A stretch of 64,000 nucleotides of DNA from an uncultured Solirubrobacterales bacterium (lineage in GTDB: Bacteria > Actinomycetota > Thermoleophilia > Solirubrobacterales > 70-9), in assembly GCA_963795665.1 (NCBI GenBank), contig CAWCIP010000016.1:15930-79929 (forward strand), written 5' to 3'. The translations under genes and the position numbers were made by a program. Of the stretch, positions 55,873-64,000 are shown in pieces. Under the pieces are notes generated by a model. It had not been told where the DNA came from, did no database searches, and was given only the letters and a program-made list of their open reading frames with translations. Numbering within the stretch: position 1 is the stretch's first letter; the number at the start of each line of letters is the position of its first letter.

Positions 55873-56879
55873 GTGAGCAGCCGCCAGACGCCGAGCACGG
55901 CGGCGGCCAGCGCCGCCGTGGCCGGAAGGGTGATGAGCCAGGCGAGTCCGATGTGACGAACTATCTCCCAATTGACGTGGCGCAGACGGCCGCGGCCGGC
56001 GCCGATGCCGACCACCGAGGACGCGACCACCTGGCTCGTCGAAACGGGGGCGCCAAGGAACGAGGCACCGAGGATGACGCCCGCGGACGAGGACTGGCTC
56101 GAGAGACCCTCGAGGGGATGGATGCGGTAGATGCGTCGACCCACGGTCCGAATGATCCGCCAACCGCCCAGCGCCGTGCCTGCCGTCAGTGCCGCGGCGC
56201 ATGCAACGATCGACCAGGTGGGGGCGGAGAGCGAGTCGATCCTCCCGTCGGCGAGCAGCAGCGCGGCCACGACCCCGACCGACTTCTGCGCGTCGTTTGC
56301 GCCGTGGCTGAAGGAGAGCGCCGCCGAGGTGACCCACTGCCCGCCCTGGACCTGGCCGCGCCAGCGCCGCGTCGCCCGCGTTGCCGCCCGGCGAAGGGCC
56401 CGAATCACGATCAGGGCAGCGAGCCCTCCAAGGACCGGTGAGACCGCGAGCGCGATCAGCGTCCCGAAGACGCCGACCGGGTGGATGCCGTCCAGCCCAC
56501 CCCAGTTGACGGCCTGCGTGCCTCCCTCGACCACTGCCGCCCCGACCAGCCCACCGACCAGCGCGTGGCCCGAGCTCGACGGCAATCCCAGGCGCCAGGT
56601 GGCCAGGTTCCACGCGGTGGCGGCCGCCAGCCCCGAGCCGATGACCTCGACGGCGACCGAGGGCGACACGGTGACGATGCCGCCGATCGTGTCGGCGACC
56701 GCTGAACCGACCAGCAGCGGGCCCAATAGGTTGAAGACCGTGGCCAGGAGGATCGCCTGGAGCGGCGTCGCCGCGCGCGTGGCCACCAACGTCGCGATCG
56801 CGTTCGAGGCATCGTGCAACCCGTTCGTGACGGCGAAACCGAGGGCGAGGAGGACCGCGATCGCCAGTCCGGTATCCAT
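55869..56879 (-). CDS. inorganic phosphate transporter, PiT family
   Basis: FAVTNGLHDASNAIAT and SFSHGANDAQKSVG duplicated PiT motifs. Confidence 0.9.
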   Translation of the reverse strand: MDTGLAIAVLLALGFAVTNGLHDASNAIATLVATRAATPLQAILLATVFNLLGPLLVGSAVADTIGGIVTVSPSVAVEVIGSGLAAATAWNLATWRLGLPSSSGHALVGGLVGAAVVEGGTQAVNWGGLDGIHPVGVFGTLIALAVSPVLGGLAALIVIRALRRAATRATRRWRGQVQGGQWVTSAALSFSHGANDAQKSVGVVAALLLADGRIDSLSAPTWSIVACAAALTAGTALGGWRIIRTVGRRIYRIHPLEGLSSQSSSAGVILGASFLGAPVSTSQVVASSVVGIGAGRGRLRHVNWEIVRHIGLAWLITLPATAALAAAVLGVWRLLT

Positions 56880-56995
56880 CCGGCGACTCTATGCCGATGG
56901 CGTCGTCCATCGGCAGACACGCCAGGATTCGGGGAAGCTGGAGTTCTGCGACACGTTCTCGGGCGAGATCTAGCCATCAAGGAGCGACGAAACTC

Positions 56996-58396
56996 ATGAG
57001 CGACCTCTTCGACTTCTATCCATACGCCGAGCGCTTCGGCGTCAACCGCGCTCTTCCGGACGGCGGGCGCTCGCGCGAGGAGATCCTCACCGAGCTCCGG
57101 ACGATGGCCAGCGAGGAGGACGCCGTCTGGGAGGACGGGCGCTGCTCCGGGACCATGTACTGCGGCGACCGCGACCACTACGCCTTCCTGAAGGAGGCGT
57201 TCGGCCTCTTCGCTCATCAGAACGCGCTTCAGCGGGACATGTGCCCGAGCGCGACCCGTTTCGAGGGCGAGATCATCGCGATGGCGCTCGGCCTGATGCA
57301 TTCAGACGCGGTGGATGACGTCCAGCCCGCGGGCATGGTCACCTCGGGCGGGAGCGCCAGCATCGCCCAGGCCGTCCTTGCATACCGTGAGGAGGGTCGG
57401 GTGGAGCGGGGAATCGACCGGCCGAACCTGGTCAAGCCCGAGACCGGCCATCCCGCCTTCGACAAGGCCTGCCACCTCTTCGGTATCGAGATGCGGCGCG
57501 CGGAGGTGGATCCCGAGACCACGCTGGTCCGACGGGAGGCGGTTGACGAGCTGATCGACGAGAACACGGTCGCGATAGTCGGCTCGGCCGGGAATTACGG
57601 CTACGGGACGATCGATCCGATCGCGGAGCTGGGTGAGCTGGCTCTCGACCACGGTGTCGGTCTGCACGTCGATGGATGCCTGGGCGGATACCTGCTGCCG
57701 TTCGGCGAGGAGCTGGGCTATCCGATCCCGGCCTTCGATTTCCGCGTCCCGGGTGTGACCACGATCTCGGCCGACACGCACAAGTACGGCTACGGATTGA
57801 AAGGCAGCTCAACGCTGCTCTTCCGCGACAGGGAGCTGCGCAACCGCTGCTACTTCTTCATGCCCGACTGGAGCGGCGGCAAGTACTTCTCACCCGGAAT
57901 GGAGGGCTCGCGCTCGGATGGGCTGCTCGCCGCCACCTGGGCCTCGATGGTGTCGATTGGCCGCGAGGGCTACCGCGAGTACGCCAAGCGGATCTTCGAG
58001 ACCTCGGCCGCGATGCAGGACGCGGTTCGGTCGCATCCGGAGCTGAGGCTGCTGGGTGAGCCGACCTTCCTGTTCGCCTTCACCTCGGACGAGTTCGACA
58101 TCTACCACGTGAACGACGAGATGAGGAGGCGCGGCTGGCGCTTCAACGGCCTCCAGTACCCGAACGCGCTGCACATGGCGGTGACCCGCCCGCAGACGCA
58201 GCCCGGGGTGGTCGAGGCGTTCGCCTCGGATCTCGACGCGGCCGTCGCCTACGCGCGCGAGCATGGCGACGAGCCGGCCGAGTCGAGCGCCGTCTACGGC
58301 GGTGTGCCCGGCGGCCTCGACGTCGAGGCGGAGCAGATGATTCGTGGCGTCATGACGCAGCTGATGGACTCGCAGCAGGCAGTTCCGTCGGCGTGA
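56996..58396 (+). CDS. PLP-dependent group II decarboxylase-fold enzyme, sphingosine-1-phosphate-lyase-like
   Basis: AAGGAGCG SD. SADTHKYGYGLKGSS carries the PLP lysine. The N-terminal pattern GTMYCGD...AF..F.H.N.L is typical of SPL homologs. Confidence 0.78.
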   Translation: MSDLFDFYPYAERFGVNRALPDGGRSREEILTELRTMASEEDAVWEDGRCSGTMYCGDRDHYAFLKEAFGLFAHQNALQRDMCPSATRFEGEIIAMALGLMHSDAVDDVQPAGMVTSGGSASIAQAVLAYREEGRVERGIDRPNLVKPETGHPAFDKACHLFGIEMRRAEVDPETTLVRREAVDELIDENTVAIVGSAGNYGYGTIDPIAELGELALDHGVGLHVDGCLGGYLLPFGEELGYPIPAFDFRVPGVTTISADTHKYGYGLKGSSTLLFRDRELRNRCYFFMPDWSGGKYFSPGMEGSRSDGLLAATWASMVSIGREGYREYAKRIFETSAAMQDAVRSHPELRLLGEPTFLFAFTSDEFDIYHVNDEMRRRGWRFNGLQYPNALHMAVTRPQTQPGVVEAFASDLDAAVAYAREHGDEPAESSAVYGGVPGGLDVEAEQMIRGVMTQLMDSQQAVPSA

Positions 58397-59952
58397 GCCG
58401 CTCGGAGCGGTTCGTCCTGGCCGTCGACCTGGGCAGCGGCGCTCTCAAGGTCGGTGTGGTTTCCCTGGCGGGCGAGATCGCCGCCGTGGAGGAGCGAACC
58501 TACGAGACCGAGCGGCTTCCGGGAGGCGGCGCCGTTCAGGACGCCTCGGGCTGGTGGGAGATGGTGCGGGAGCTCGGTCGCTCGGTCCTCGAGGGCATCC
58601 CCGCCGACGGAGTCGTCGCCGTCTCCTGCACCGGCCAGTGGGCGAGCACCGTCCCGGTCGACGAGGCGGGGGAGCCGGTCGGGCCCTGCGTGATGTGGCT
58701 CGATACGCGCGGCGCCGGCCATTCGCGAGACGTCGTCGGCGGACCGCTGCTCGGCTACTCCCCGCCCGCGCTGGCGAGCTGGATCCGCCGCACCGGCGGT
58801 GTGCCCTCCCCGTTCGGGGGCGACCCCGTCAGCCACATGCTCCACCTGGAGCGAGACGAGCCAGAGGTCGCGGCGGCCGCCCGCTGGTACATGGAGCCGG
58901 TCGACTATCTGACCATGCGGTTCACCGGGCGGGCGGCGGCCACCCACGCCTCTATGAGCGGCGCCTGGCTGACCGACAACCGGCACCTCGACAGGTTCAC
59001 CTACGACTCGGCCCTGGTTGGCAGGGCGGGCCTCGACCCCGGCAAGCTGCCACCGCTGGTTGAGACCGGCTCGCTGGTGGGGACCGTTCGGCCGGAGGTG
59101 GCCTCCGATCTCGGGATCAGCCCCGAGGCTCAGGTCGTCACCGGCACCCCGGACCTGCACTCCGCGGCGCTCGGCTGCGGCGCGATCGGCGAGGGAGAGG
59201 CTCACATGAGCATCAGCACCACCTCCTGGATCTCGCTGCCCTTCGAGCGCAAGAAGACCGACGCGATGCGGTCGATCGCGACCGTGCCCGGGCTGGACTC
59301 GCAGAGCTACCTGGTCGCCAACAACCACGAGGCGGCGGGTCTCTGCCTGCGCTGGCTGCGGGACAGCTTCACGACCGGGGAGCCCGCGAGCTTCGAGCGG
59401 CTGGTGGAGCTGGCCGCGAGCTCGCCTCCCGGCAGCGGCGGCATCCTGTTCACGCCCTGGATCGCTGGCGAACGCTCGCCGGTCGACGACCGCAACGCCC
59501 GCGGGGGCTGGCACAACCTCTCCGTCGAGACGGACAACGCCGACCTGGTCCGGTCGGTGCTCGAGGGTGTCGCCTACAACTCCCGCTGGCTGAACGAGGC
59601 GGTTGAGCGCTTCGCGAAGCGGCGCCTCGACCCCCTCCGCATCTTCGGAGGCGGCGCTCTACCCGACCTCTGGTGTCAGATCCACGCCGACGTCATGGAC
59701 CGGACCATCGAGCGGGTTGCCGATCCGGTCCACGCCAACCTCCGGGGCGCCGCGCTCTTCGCCTCCCTCGCCATGGGGAAGGTCTCGCGGGATGAAGTGC
59801 GGGGGCTCGTGCCGGTCGACCGCTCCTTCAAGCCGAACCCGGCCAACCGCGAGGCCTACGACCGACTCTACGCCGAGTTCCCCGGCCTCTACAAGGCCCA
59901 GCGCAAGATGTTCGCCCGGCTCAACGGCCGGGCGAATGAGACCTCCGGCTAG
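58393..59952 (+). CDS. FGGY family carbohydrate kinase
   Basis: GTGA overlap. VLAVDLGSGALKVG N-terminus and GGGALPDLWCQIHADV C-terminal motif. Confidence 0.85.
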   Translation: MSRSERFVLAVDLGSGALKVGVVSLAGEIAAVEERTYETERLPGGGAVQDASGWWEMVRELGRSVLEGIPADGVVAVSCTGQWASTVPVDEAGEPVGPCVMWLDTRGAGHSRDVVGGPLLGYSPPALASWIRRTGGVPSPFGGDPVSHMLHLERDEPEVAAAARWYMEPVDYLTMRFTGRAAATHASMSGAWLTDNRHLDRFTYDSALVGRAGLDPGKLPPLVETGSLVGTVRPEVASDLGISPEAQVVTGTPDLHSAALGCGAIGEGEAHMSISTTSWISLPFERKKTDAMRSIATVPGLDSQSYLVANNHEAAGLCLRWLRDSFTTGEPASFERLVELAASSPPGSGGILFTPWIAGERSPVDDRNARGGWHNLSVETDNADLVRSVLEGVAYNSRWLNEAVERFAKRRLDPLRIFGGGALPDLWCQIHADVMDRTIERVADPVHANLRGAALFASLAMGKVSRDEVRGLVPVDRSFKPNPANREAYDRLYAEFPGLYKAQRKMFARLNGRANETSG

Positions 59953-61307
59953 GCCGGGACCCGCGCCACCTCGGCATCGCCGGTGACCGAGTAGAGGGCC
60001 CACTCGCCGGGGACGCCCCGGAGCTCCTGCGCGCCCCGCTCGGCGAACTCGAGCCCCGAACCGACCACCAGGTCCTTGACCGTGCTCGTGACGAGCACCT
60101 CTCCCGGGCCCGCCGCGTCCATCACCCTGGAGGTGAGGTGCACGGCGATCCCGGCGACGTCGTCGGCCATCACCTCGCACTCGCCGGTGTGCACCCCGGC
60201 GCGGATCTCCAGGCCCATCTCGCGCGCCACGTCGCAACTCGCGCGGGCGCAGCGTACGGCTCGCGCGGGGCCATCGAAGGTCGCCAGCGCTCCGTCGCCG
60301 GTCCAGTTCACGAGACGCCCGCGGAAGCGGCCGAGCTCCCGCTCCACCCGTCGCTGATATCGGTCGAGCAGCTCGCGCCAACCCCGGTCGCCGAGCTCGG
60401 CGGCACGATCGGTGGACTGGACGATGTCCATGAAGAGGACGGTGGCGAGCATCCGATCGCGGACCGCGGCCGCCGGCTTGCCGGTGACGAACTCCTCGAT
60501 CGGGTCCAGCATCGCGTCCATGTCGCCCGCCACCCAGAGGTGATCCGAGCCCGGCAGCTCGATCTCCGTGGCGCCCGGGATTCCCCTGGCCACCGCCCGA
60601 GACATGGCGGCGGGCACCAGCCTGTCGCCGGCGCGATAGAGCACCATCGTCGGCACCTTCACCGCCGGCAACAGCGGTCGCACGTCGAGGTCCTCGTACA
60701 TCGCGGAGACTCGCCTTGCGGTGCTCGGGCTCGCGCCTGAGCGGAGCATCCGGCCCCACCACTCGCGCACCTCCGGGTCGTCCGCGACGCTCGGCGCCCA
60801 GACGTTGAGGGACTCGGGGTCCCCCCAGTTCTCCACGATCCGGTCCCAGAAGGGCCGGAGGACGTCGAGCGGAATCCCCTCCTCGTAGTCCTCCGCTCGA
60901 GGGAGGCGGGCGAAGGTTCCGTACTGGACCATCGCGCTGATCCGGTCGGGATGCGCGGCGGCCAGCATGGTGGCGGCGGCGCCGCCCTCCGAGATGCCGA
61001 ACAGCACCGCCCGCTCGACCTCGCAGGCGTCGAGGACCGCAAGCGCGTCGTCGACGATGTTCTCGAGCGTGTAGGCGCCCGCCTCCCGGTCGGACAGGCC
61101 CATGCCGCGCTTGTCGAAGGCGATCACGCGGGCGAACGACCCGAGCCTCTCCCAGAAGCGCTGCGCGAGCGGGGGCTCCCTGCCGATCTCGAGGTGACTG
61201 ACGAAGCCGCCCATGAACAGGACGTCAACGGGCCCGTTCCCCACGGTCGCGTAGGCGATCGAGGCGTCGCCGTTGTGGGCGTAGCGGCTCGGCGACCAGC
61301 TCAGCAT
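59949..61307 (-). CDS. alpha/beta-hydrolase fused to class III adenylate/guanylate cyclase (LipJ/Rv1900c-like architecture)
   Basis: Only the last 452 codons of the listed 1189-aa ORF. Hydrolase elbow GISEGG. Cyclase motifs FMDIVQST, WTGDGALATF, RAGVHTGE, AVHLTSRV. Confidence 0.85.
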   Translation of the reverse strand: MLSWSPSRYAHNGDASIAYATVGNGPVDVLFMGGFVSHLEIGREPPLAQRFWERLGSFARVIAFDKRGMGLSDREAGAYTLENIVDDALAVLDACEVERAVLFGISEGGAAATMLAAAHPDRISAMVQYGTFARLPRAEDYEEGIPLDVLRPFWDRIVENWGDPESLNVWAPSVADDPEVREWWGRMLRSGASPSTARRVSAMYEDLDVRPLLPAVKVPTMVLYRAGDRLVPAAMSRAVARGIPGATEIELPGSDHLWVAGDMDAMLDPIEEFVTGKPAAAVRDRMLATVLFMDIVQSTDRAAELGDRGWRELLDRYQRRVERELGRFRGRLVNWTGDGALATFDGPARAVRCARASCDVAREMGLEIRAGVHTGECEVMADDVAGIAVHLTSRVMDAAGPGEVLVTSTVKDLVVGSGLEFAERGAQELRGVPGEWALYSVTGDAEVARVPA

Positions 61308-61349
61308 CGTTCCAGCGTACTGTCGGCGGCTGGGATACTTGGTCGGGCC

Positions 61350-64000
61350 ATGCGGTGTCCGTCCTGCGGCAATGAGAATCGTGAGGGCGCACGATTCTGC
61401 GACTCGTGCGGCAATGACCTGACCGCCGAGCCGGCCGTCGCCGAGCCGCGGCCCGAGCCGCTGCCGGCGGACGTCCCGAGCGAGATCGCGGGCCGCTACC
61501 GCGTCCGGCGCTTCCTTGGGCAGGGGGGGCGTAAACGCGTCTATCTCTCCGAGGACACGGCGACGGGCACCGAGGTCGCGGTGGCGCTGTACGACACGGC
61601 CGGGGTGGGCGCCGGGATCCAGGCAAGGGCGCGCCGCGAGGCCGAAGCGATGCGAAAGCTGGGCGACCACCCGCAGGTCGTCACGGTCCTCGACACGGGT
61701 GAGGACGGCGGCAACCCCTTCATCGTCAGCCGCTACATGCCGGGCGGCGACGTCGCGGGCTTGCTCTCGGCGGCAGGCGGGAGCCTCGAGGTGACTCGGG
61801 CCGTCGAGATCGCCGCCGACGTCACCCGTGCGCTCGAGCATGCCCACGCCCGCGGCATCGTCCACCGCGACCTGAAGCCCGCGAACGTCTGGATCGACGA
61901 CGACGGACATGCGCGCCTCGGCGATTTCGGCCTGGCGACGACCGAGGCCCGAGCCCGTGTCAGCGGCGGCACGCTGGTCGGCACGGTCGCCTATCTGCCC
62001 CCCGAGCAGGCGCTCGGCGAGGCCGCCGGGCCGAAGGCCGACCTCTATTCGCTCGGGGCCCTCCTCTACGAGATGCTCACCGGCCAGCCTCCATTCCCCG
62101 GCGACGACGCGGTTTCCATCATCTCCCAGCATCTGCACGCGGACCCGGTGCCGCCGTCCCGCCACAACCAGCAAGTTCCTGAGGCGCTCGACCCGGTGGT
62201 GCTCGAGTTGCTCGCCAAGCGCCCGGAGGATCGACCGGCCAGTGCCGGCGAGTCTCGAAAGCAGATGCTTGCCGCGCTCGAGGAGAAGCCGGCCGAGTCC
62301 GCGGAGGAGCGCCGGGCCAATCCACTCGAGGGCCTCGCCGGCGGCGTCTTCGTCGGCCGCGAGCTGGAGCTCGAGCGCCTGCGGGAGGCCGTCGACGCGG
62401 CGCTCGGCGGGCGTGGGTCCCTCCAGCTGCTGGTCGGAGAGCCCGGGATCGGCAAGACCCGCGGGGCCGAGGAGCTGGCCACCTACGCGAGGGTGAGCGG
62501 AGCGCGCGTCTACTGGGGCCGCTGCCGCGAGGACGAGGGCGCTCCCGCGTACTGGCCCTGGGTCCAGGCGATCCGCGCGTACGCGCGGGACGCCGACCCC
62601 GTCGCCCTCGCCTGGCAGCTCGGCGCGGGAGCGGCAGAGGTGGCCCAGCTGATCCCCGAGGTCGCAGAGAAGCTCGACATCGAGCCGGCGAAGGGCACCG
62701 ATAGCGAGGAGGCCCGCTTCCGCCTCTTCGACTCGGTGACCAGCCTGATGCTCGCGGCTGCCCGCGACCGGCCGATCGTGATCGTGCTCGACGACCTCCA
62801 CTGGGCCGACGAGCCCTCGCTCCTGCTCCTCCTCTTCGCAGCGCGGGAGCTCGCCTCGAGCGGCCTGCTGATTCTCGGCACCTATCGCGACGTCGAGCTC
62901 GGCCGCCATCACCCGCTCGCCCGCGTCCTCGGCGAGATCTCCGGCATCGAGGGAAGCGAGCGAATCCCGCTCCGCGGGCTCTCGGTCGGCGCGGTCGAGC
63001 GCTACATCGAGATGACCTCGGGGGCCGCCGCCCCGCCCGGGCTTGCCCAGGCGGTGCAGGAGCAGACGGACGGCAACCCGTTCTTCGTCGGCGAGGTGGT
63101 CCGGCTGCTCGCCAGCGAGGGCAAGCTCAGCAGCGGCGGCAGCGTCGCCGACCTCCAGATCCCCCAGGGTGTCCGGGAGGTCGTCGGGCGCCGCCTCGAC
63201 CGGCTCAGCGAGCGAACGAACGAGGCTCTCCGGGTGGCCGCGGTGATCGGCCGCGACTTCGAGGAGGAGCTGGTCTGGCGGGTGGCGGACCTGCGCCCCG
63301 AGGACCTGATGACCACCGCGCGAGAGGCGATCGCCGAGCGCCTGGTCACCGATCTCGGCGATGGGCATTACTCGTTCGCCCACGCTCTGGTTCGCGACAC
63401 GCTCTACGAGGAGCTCAGCCCGCCCAAGCGCTCGGCGCTCCACGAGCGCGCCGGGCTCGCGATAGAGGAGGTCTGTGGCGGCAATGTCGATGAGCGCCTC
63501 GGCGAGCTGGCTCACCACTTCCTGGAGGCTGCTCCTCGCGGGGATCTCGCCAAGGCGATCGACTACGCGCAGCGAGCCGGCGAGCAGGACATGGAGCAGC
63601 TGGCCTACGAGGATGCGGTCGAGGTGTACGGGAGCGCCCTCGAGGTGCTCGACCTGATGGAGGGGCCCGATGAGGCTGTCCGCTGCAGCCTGCTGCTCTC
63701 GCTGGGCGGTGCGGAGGCCAAGTCAGCCCGGGTGGCGGACGCGCGCGAGGCGTTCGAGCGCGCGGCGGAATCGGCGCGGCGACTCGATGACGCCGACAGC
63801 CTGGTCGGAGCCACGATCGGGATCGCGATGATGAGCGACGCGGGCAGGCTCGACGAGAAGCTCCTCGCCCTGATCGACGAGACGCTGGAGCGGATCGGCC
63901 CGGAGCGCACCGCCCGCCGCGCGGCCCTGCTCAGCGCCAAGTCGGCCGAGATGTACTGGAGGGACAACGACATCAACGAGTCCACGCGGCTGGTGGACGA
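61350..64000 (+). CDS. zinc-ribbon / Ser-Thr protein kinase / STAND (AAA) ATPase / TPR-like multidomain protein, 3-prime end outside the window
   Basis: Not in the ORF track. Open from ATG 61350 to 64000. MRCPSCGNENREGARFCDSCG; HRDLKPAN; DFG; Walker A GEPGIGKT; Walker B VIVLDDLHWAD; helical repeats to the window end. Confidence 0.85.
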   Translation, partial: MRCPSCGNENREGARFCDSCGNDLTAEPAVAEPRPEPLPADVPSEIAGRYRVRRFLGQGGRKRVYLSEDTATGTEVAVALYDTAGVGAGIQARARREAEAMRKLGDHPQVVTVLDTGEDGGNPFIVSRYMPGGDVAGLLSAAGGSLEVTRAVEIAADVTRALEHAHARGIVHRDLKPANVWIDDDGHARLGDFGLATTEARARVSGGTLVGTVAYLPPEQALGEAAGPKADLYSLGALLYEMLTGQPPFPGDDAVSIISQHLHADPVPPSRHNQQVPEALDPVVLELLAKRPEDRPASAGESRKQMLAALEEKPAESAEERRANPLEGLAGGVFVGRELELERLREAVDAALGGRGSLQLLVGEPGIGKTRGAEELATYARVSGARVYWGRCREDEGAPAYWPWVQAIRAYARDADPVALAWQLGAGAAEVAQLIPEVAEKLDIEPAKGTDSEEARFRLFDSVTSLMLAAARDRPIVIVLDDLHWADEPSLLLLLFAARELASSGLLILGTYRDVELGRHHPLARVLGEISGIEGSERIPLRGLSVGAVERYIEMTSGAAAPPGLAQAVQEQTDGNPFFVGEVVRLLASEGKLSSGGSVADLQIPQGVREVVGRRLDRLSERTNEALRVAAVIGRDFEEELVWRVADLRPEDLMTTAREAIAERLVTDLGDGHYSFAHALVRDTLYEELSPPKRSALHERAGLAIEEVCGGNVDERLGELAHHFLEAAPRGDLAKAIDYAQRAGEQDMEQLAYEDAVEVYGSALEVLDLMEGPDEAVRCSLLLSLGGAEAKSARVADAREAFERAAESARRLDDADSLVGATIGIAMMSDAGRLDEKLLALIDETLERIGPERTARRAALLSAKSAEMYWRDNDINESTRLVD

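Noticed and set aside
59949-61307. The idea that the class III cyclase marks a Pycsar/CBASS-type defence operon.
   Set aside because: No adjacent effector (TIR, TM or nuclease) is present. The cyclase is fused to an alpha/beta hydrolase, as in housekeeping mycobacterial LipJ-type proteins, and the neighbours are metabolic or regulatory genes.
61308-63518. N-terminal 737 codons of the 1189-aa minus-strand ORF.
   Set aside because: Low-complexity Arg/Gly/Ala/Leu-rich text with no motifs. It lies exactly antisense to a motif-rich plus-strand kinase/STAND gene. This is a typical high-GC shadow ORF.
61350-64000. The idea that the STAND ATPase is an Avs/antiphage NLR.
   Set aside because: The N-terminal domain is a kinase rather than a nuclease, protease or TIR effector. 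The AAA-TPR module with LHWADEPS matches the large LuxR/MalT-type regulator class common in actinobacterial chromosomes. There is no mobile-element context.
1-64000. Search for CRISPR arrays, IS elements, integrases, prophage genes and rRNA operons.
   Set aside because: I saw no regularly spaced direct repeats, no transposase or integrase-like ORFs and no rRNA-like stretches. Apart from the two repeat families reported, the window is continuous chromosomal gene content.

Overview
This is a very GC-rich window (about 70% by eye, not computed) that looks like a densely packed Actinomycetota-type chromosome. Supporting signs are the PspC/histidine-kinase/LuxR-regulator triad, KorAB, many GTGA/ATGA start-stop overlaps and several TetR/ArsR regulators. 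I can support about 68 protein genes, mostly core or peripheral metabolism:
- 2-oxoacid:ferredoxin oxidoreductase korAB.
- Pentose-phosphate and glycolytic genes in three blocks: zwf with gnd-pgl; rpiA with tkt-tal-pgi; and a second, divergent zwf.
- Cytochrome bd oxidase cydAB, NDH-2 and a PiT phosphate transporter.
- A DrrAB-like ABC exporter, a P450, and many small redox or regulator genes.

I saw no rRNA, tRNA, CRISPR array, transposase, integrase or phage genes. This is not an obvious mobile or defence island.

Two real genes are missing from the ORF track because they run off the window edges. One is a membrane-protein N-terminus at 1-251 (minus strand). The other is a large zinc-ribbon / Ser-Thr kinase / STAND ATPase / TPR gene from 61350 to the window end (plus strand). 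The listed 1189-aa minus-strand ORF is mostly the antisense shadow of that kinase gene.

The points most worth a second look are:
1. The kinase has a WNK-like lysine placement: a Lys in the Gly-loop and an Ala where the beta3 Lys is expected.
2. A roughly 90-bp structured repeat sits directly after the TAG stop of two unrelated minus-strand genes.
3. A 169-bp element bounded by a 19/20 inverted repeat fills the rpiA-tkt divergent region.
4. The second zwf copy lacks both signature phosphate-contacting residues and heads a GH15-GMC-NDH2-epimerase-cydAB gene string.
5. Three +1 frame breaks occur in conserved genes.
6. Four convergent gene pairs share a CTAG double stop.

All family calls come from motif recognition by eye. 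No database search was run.
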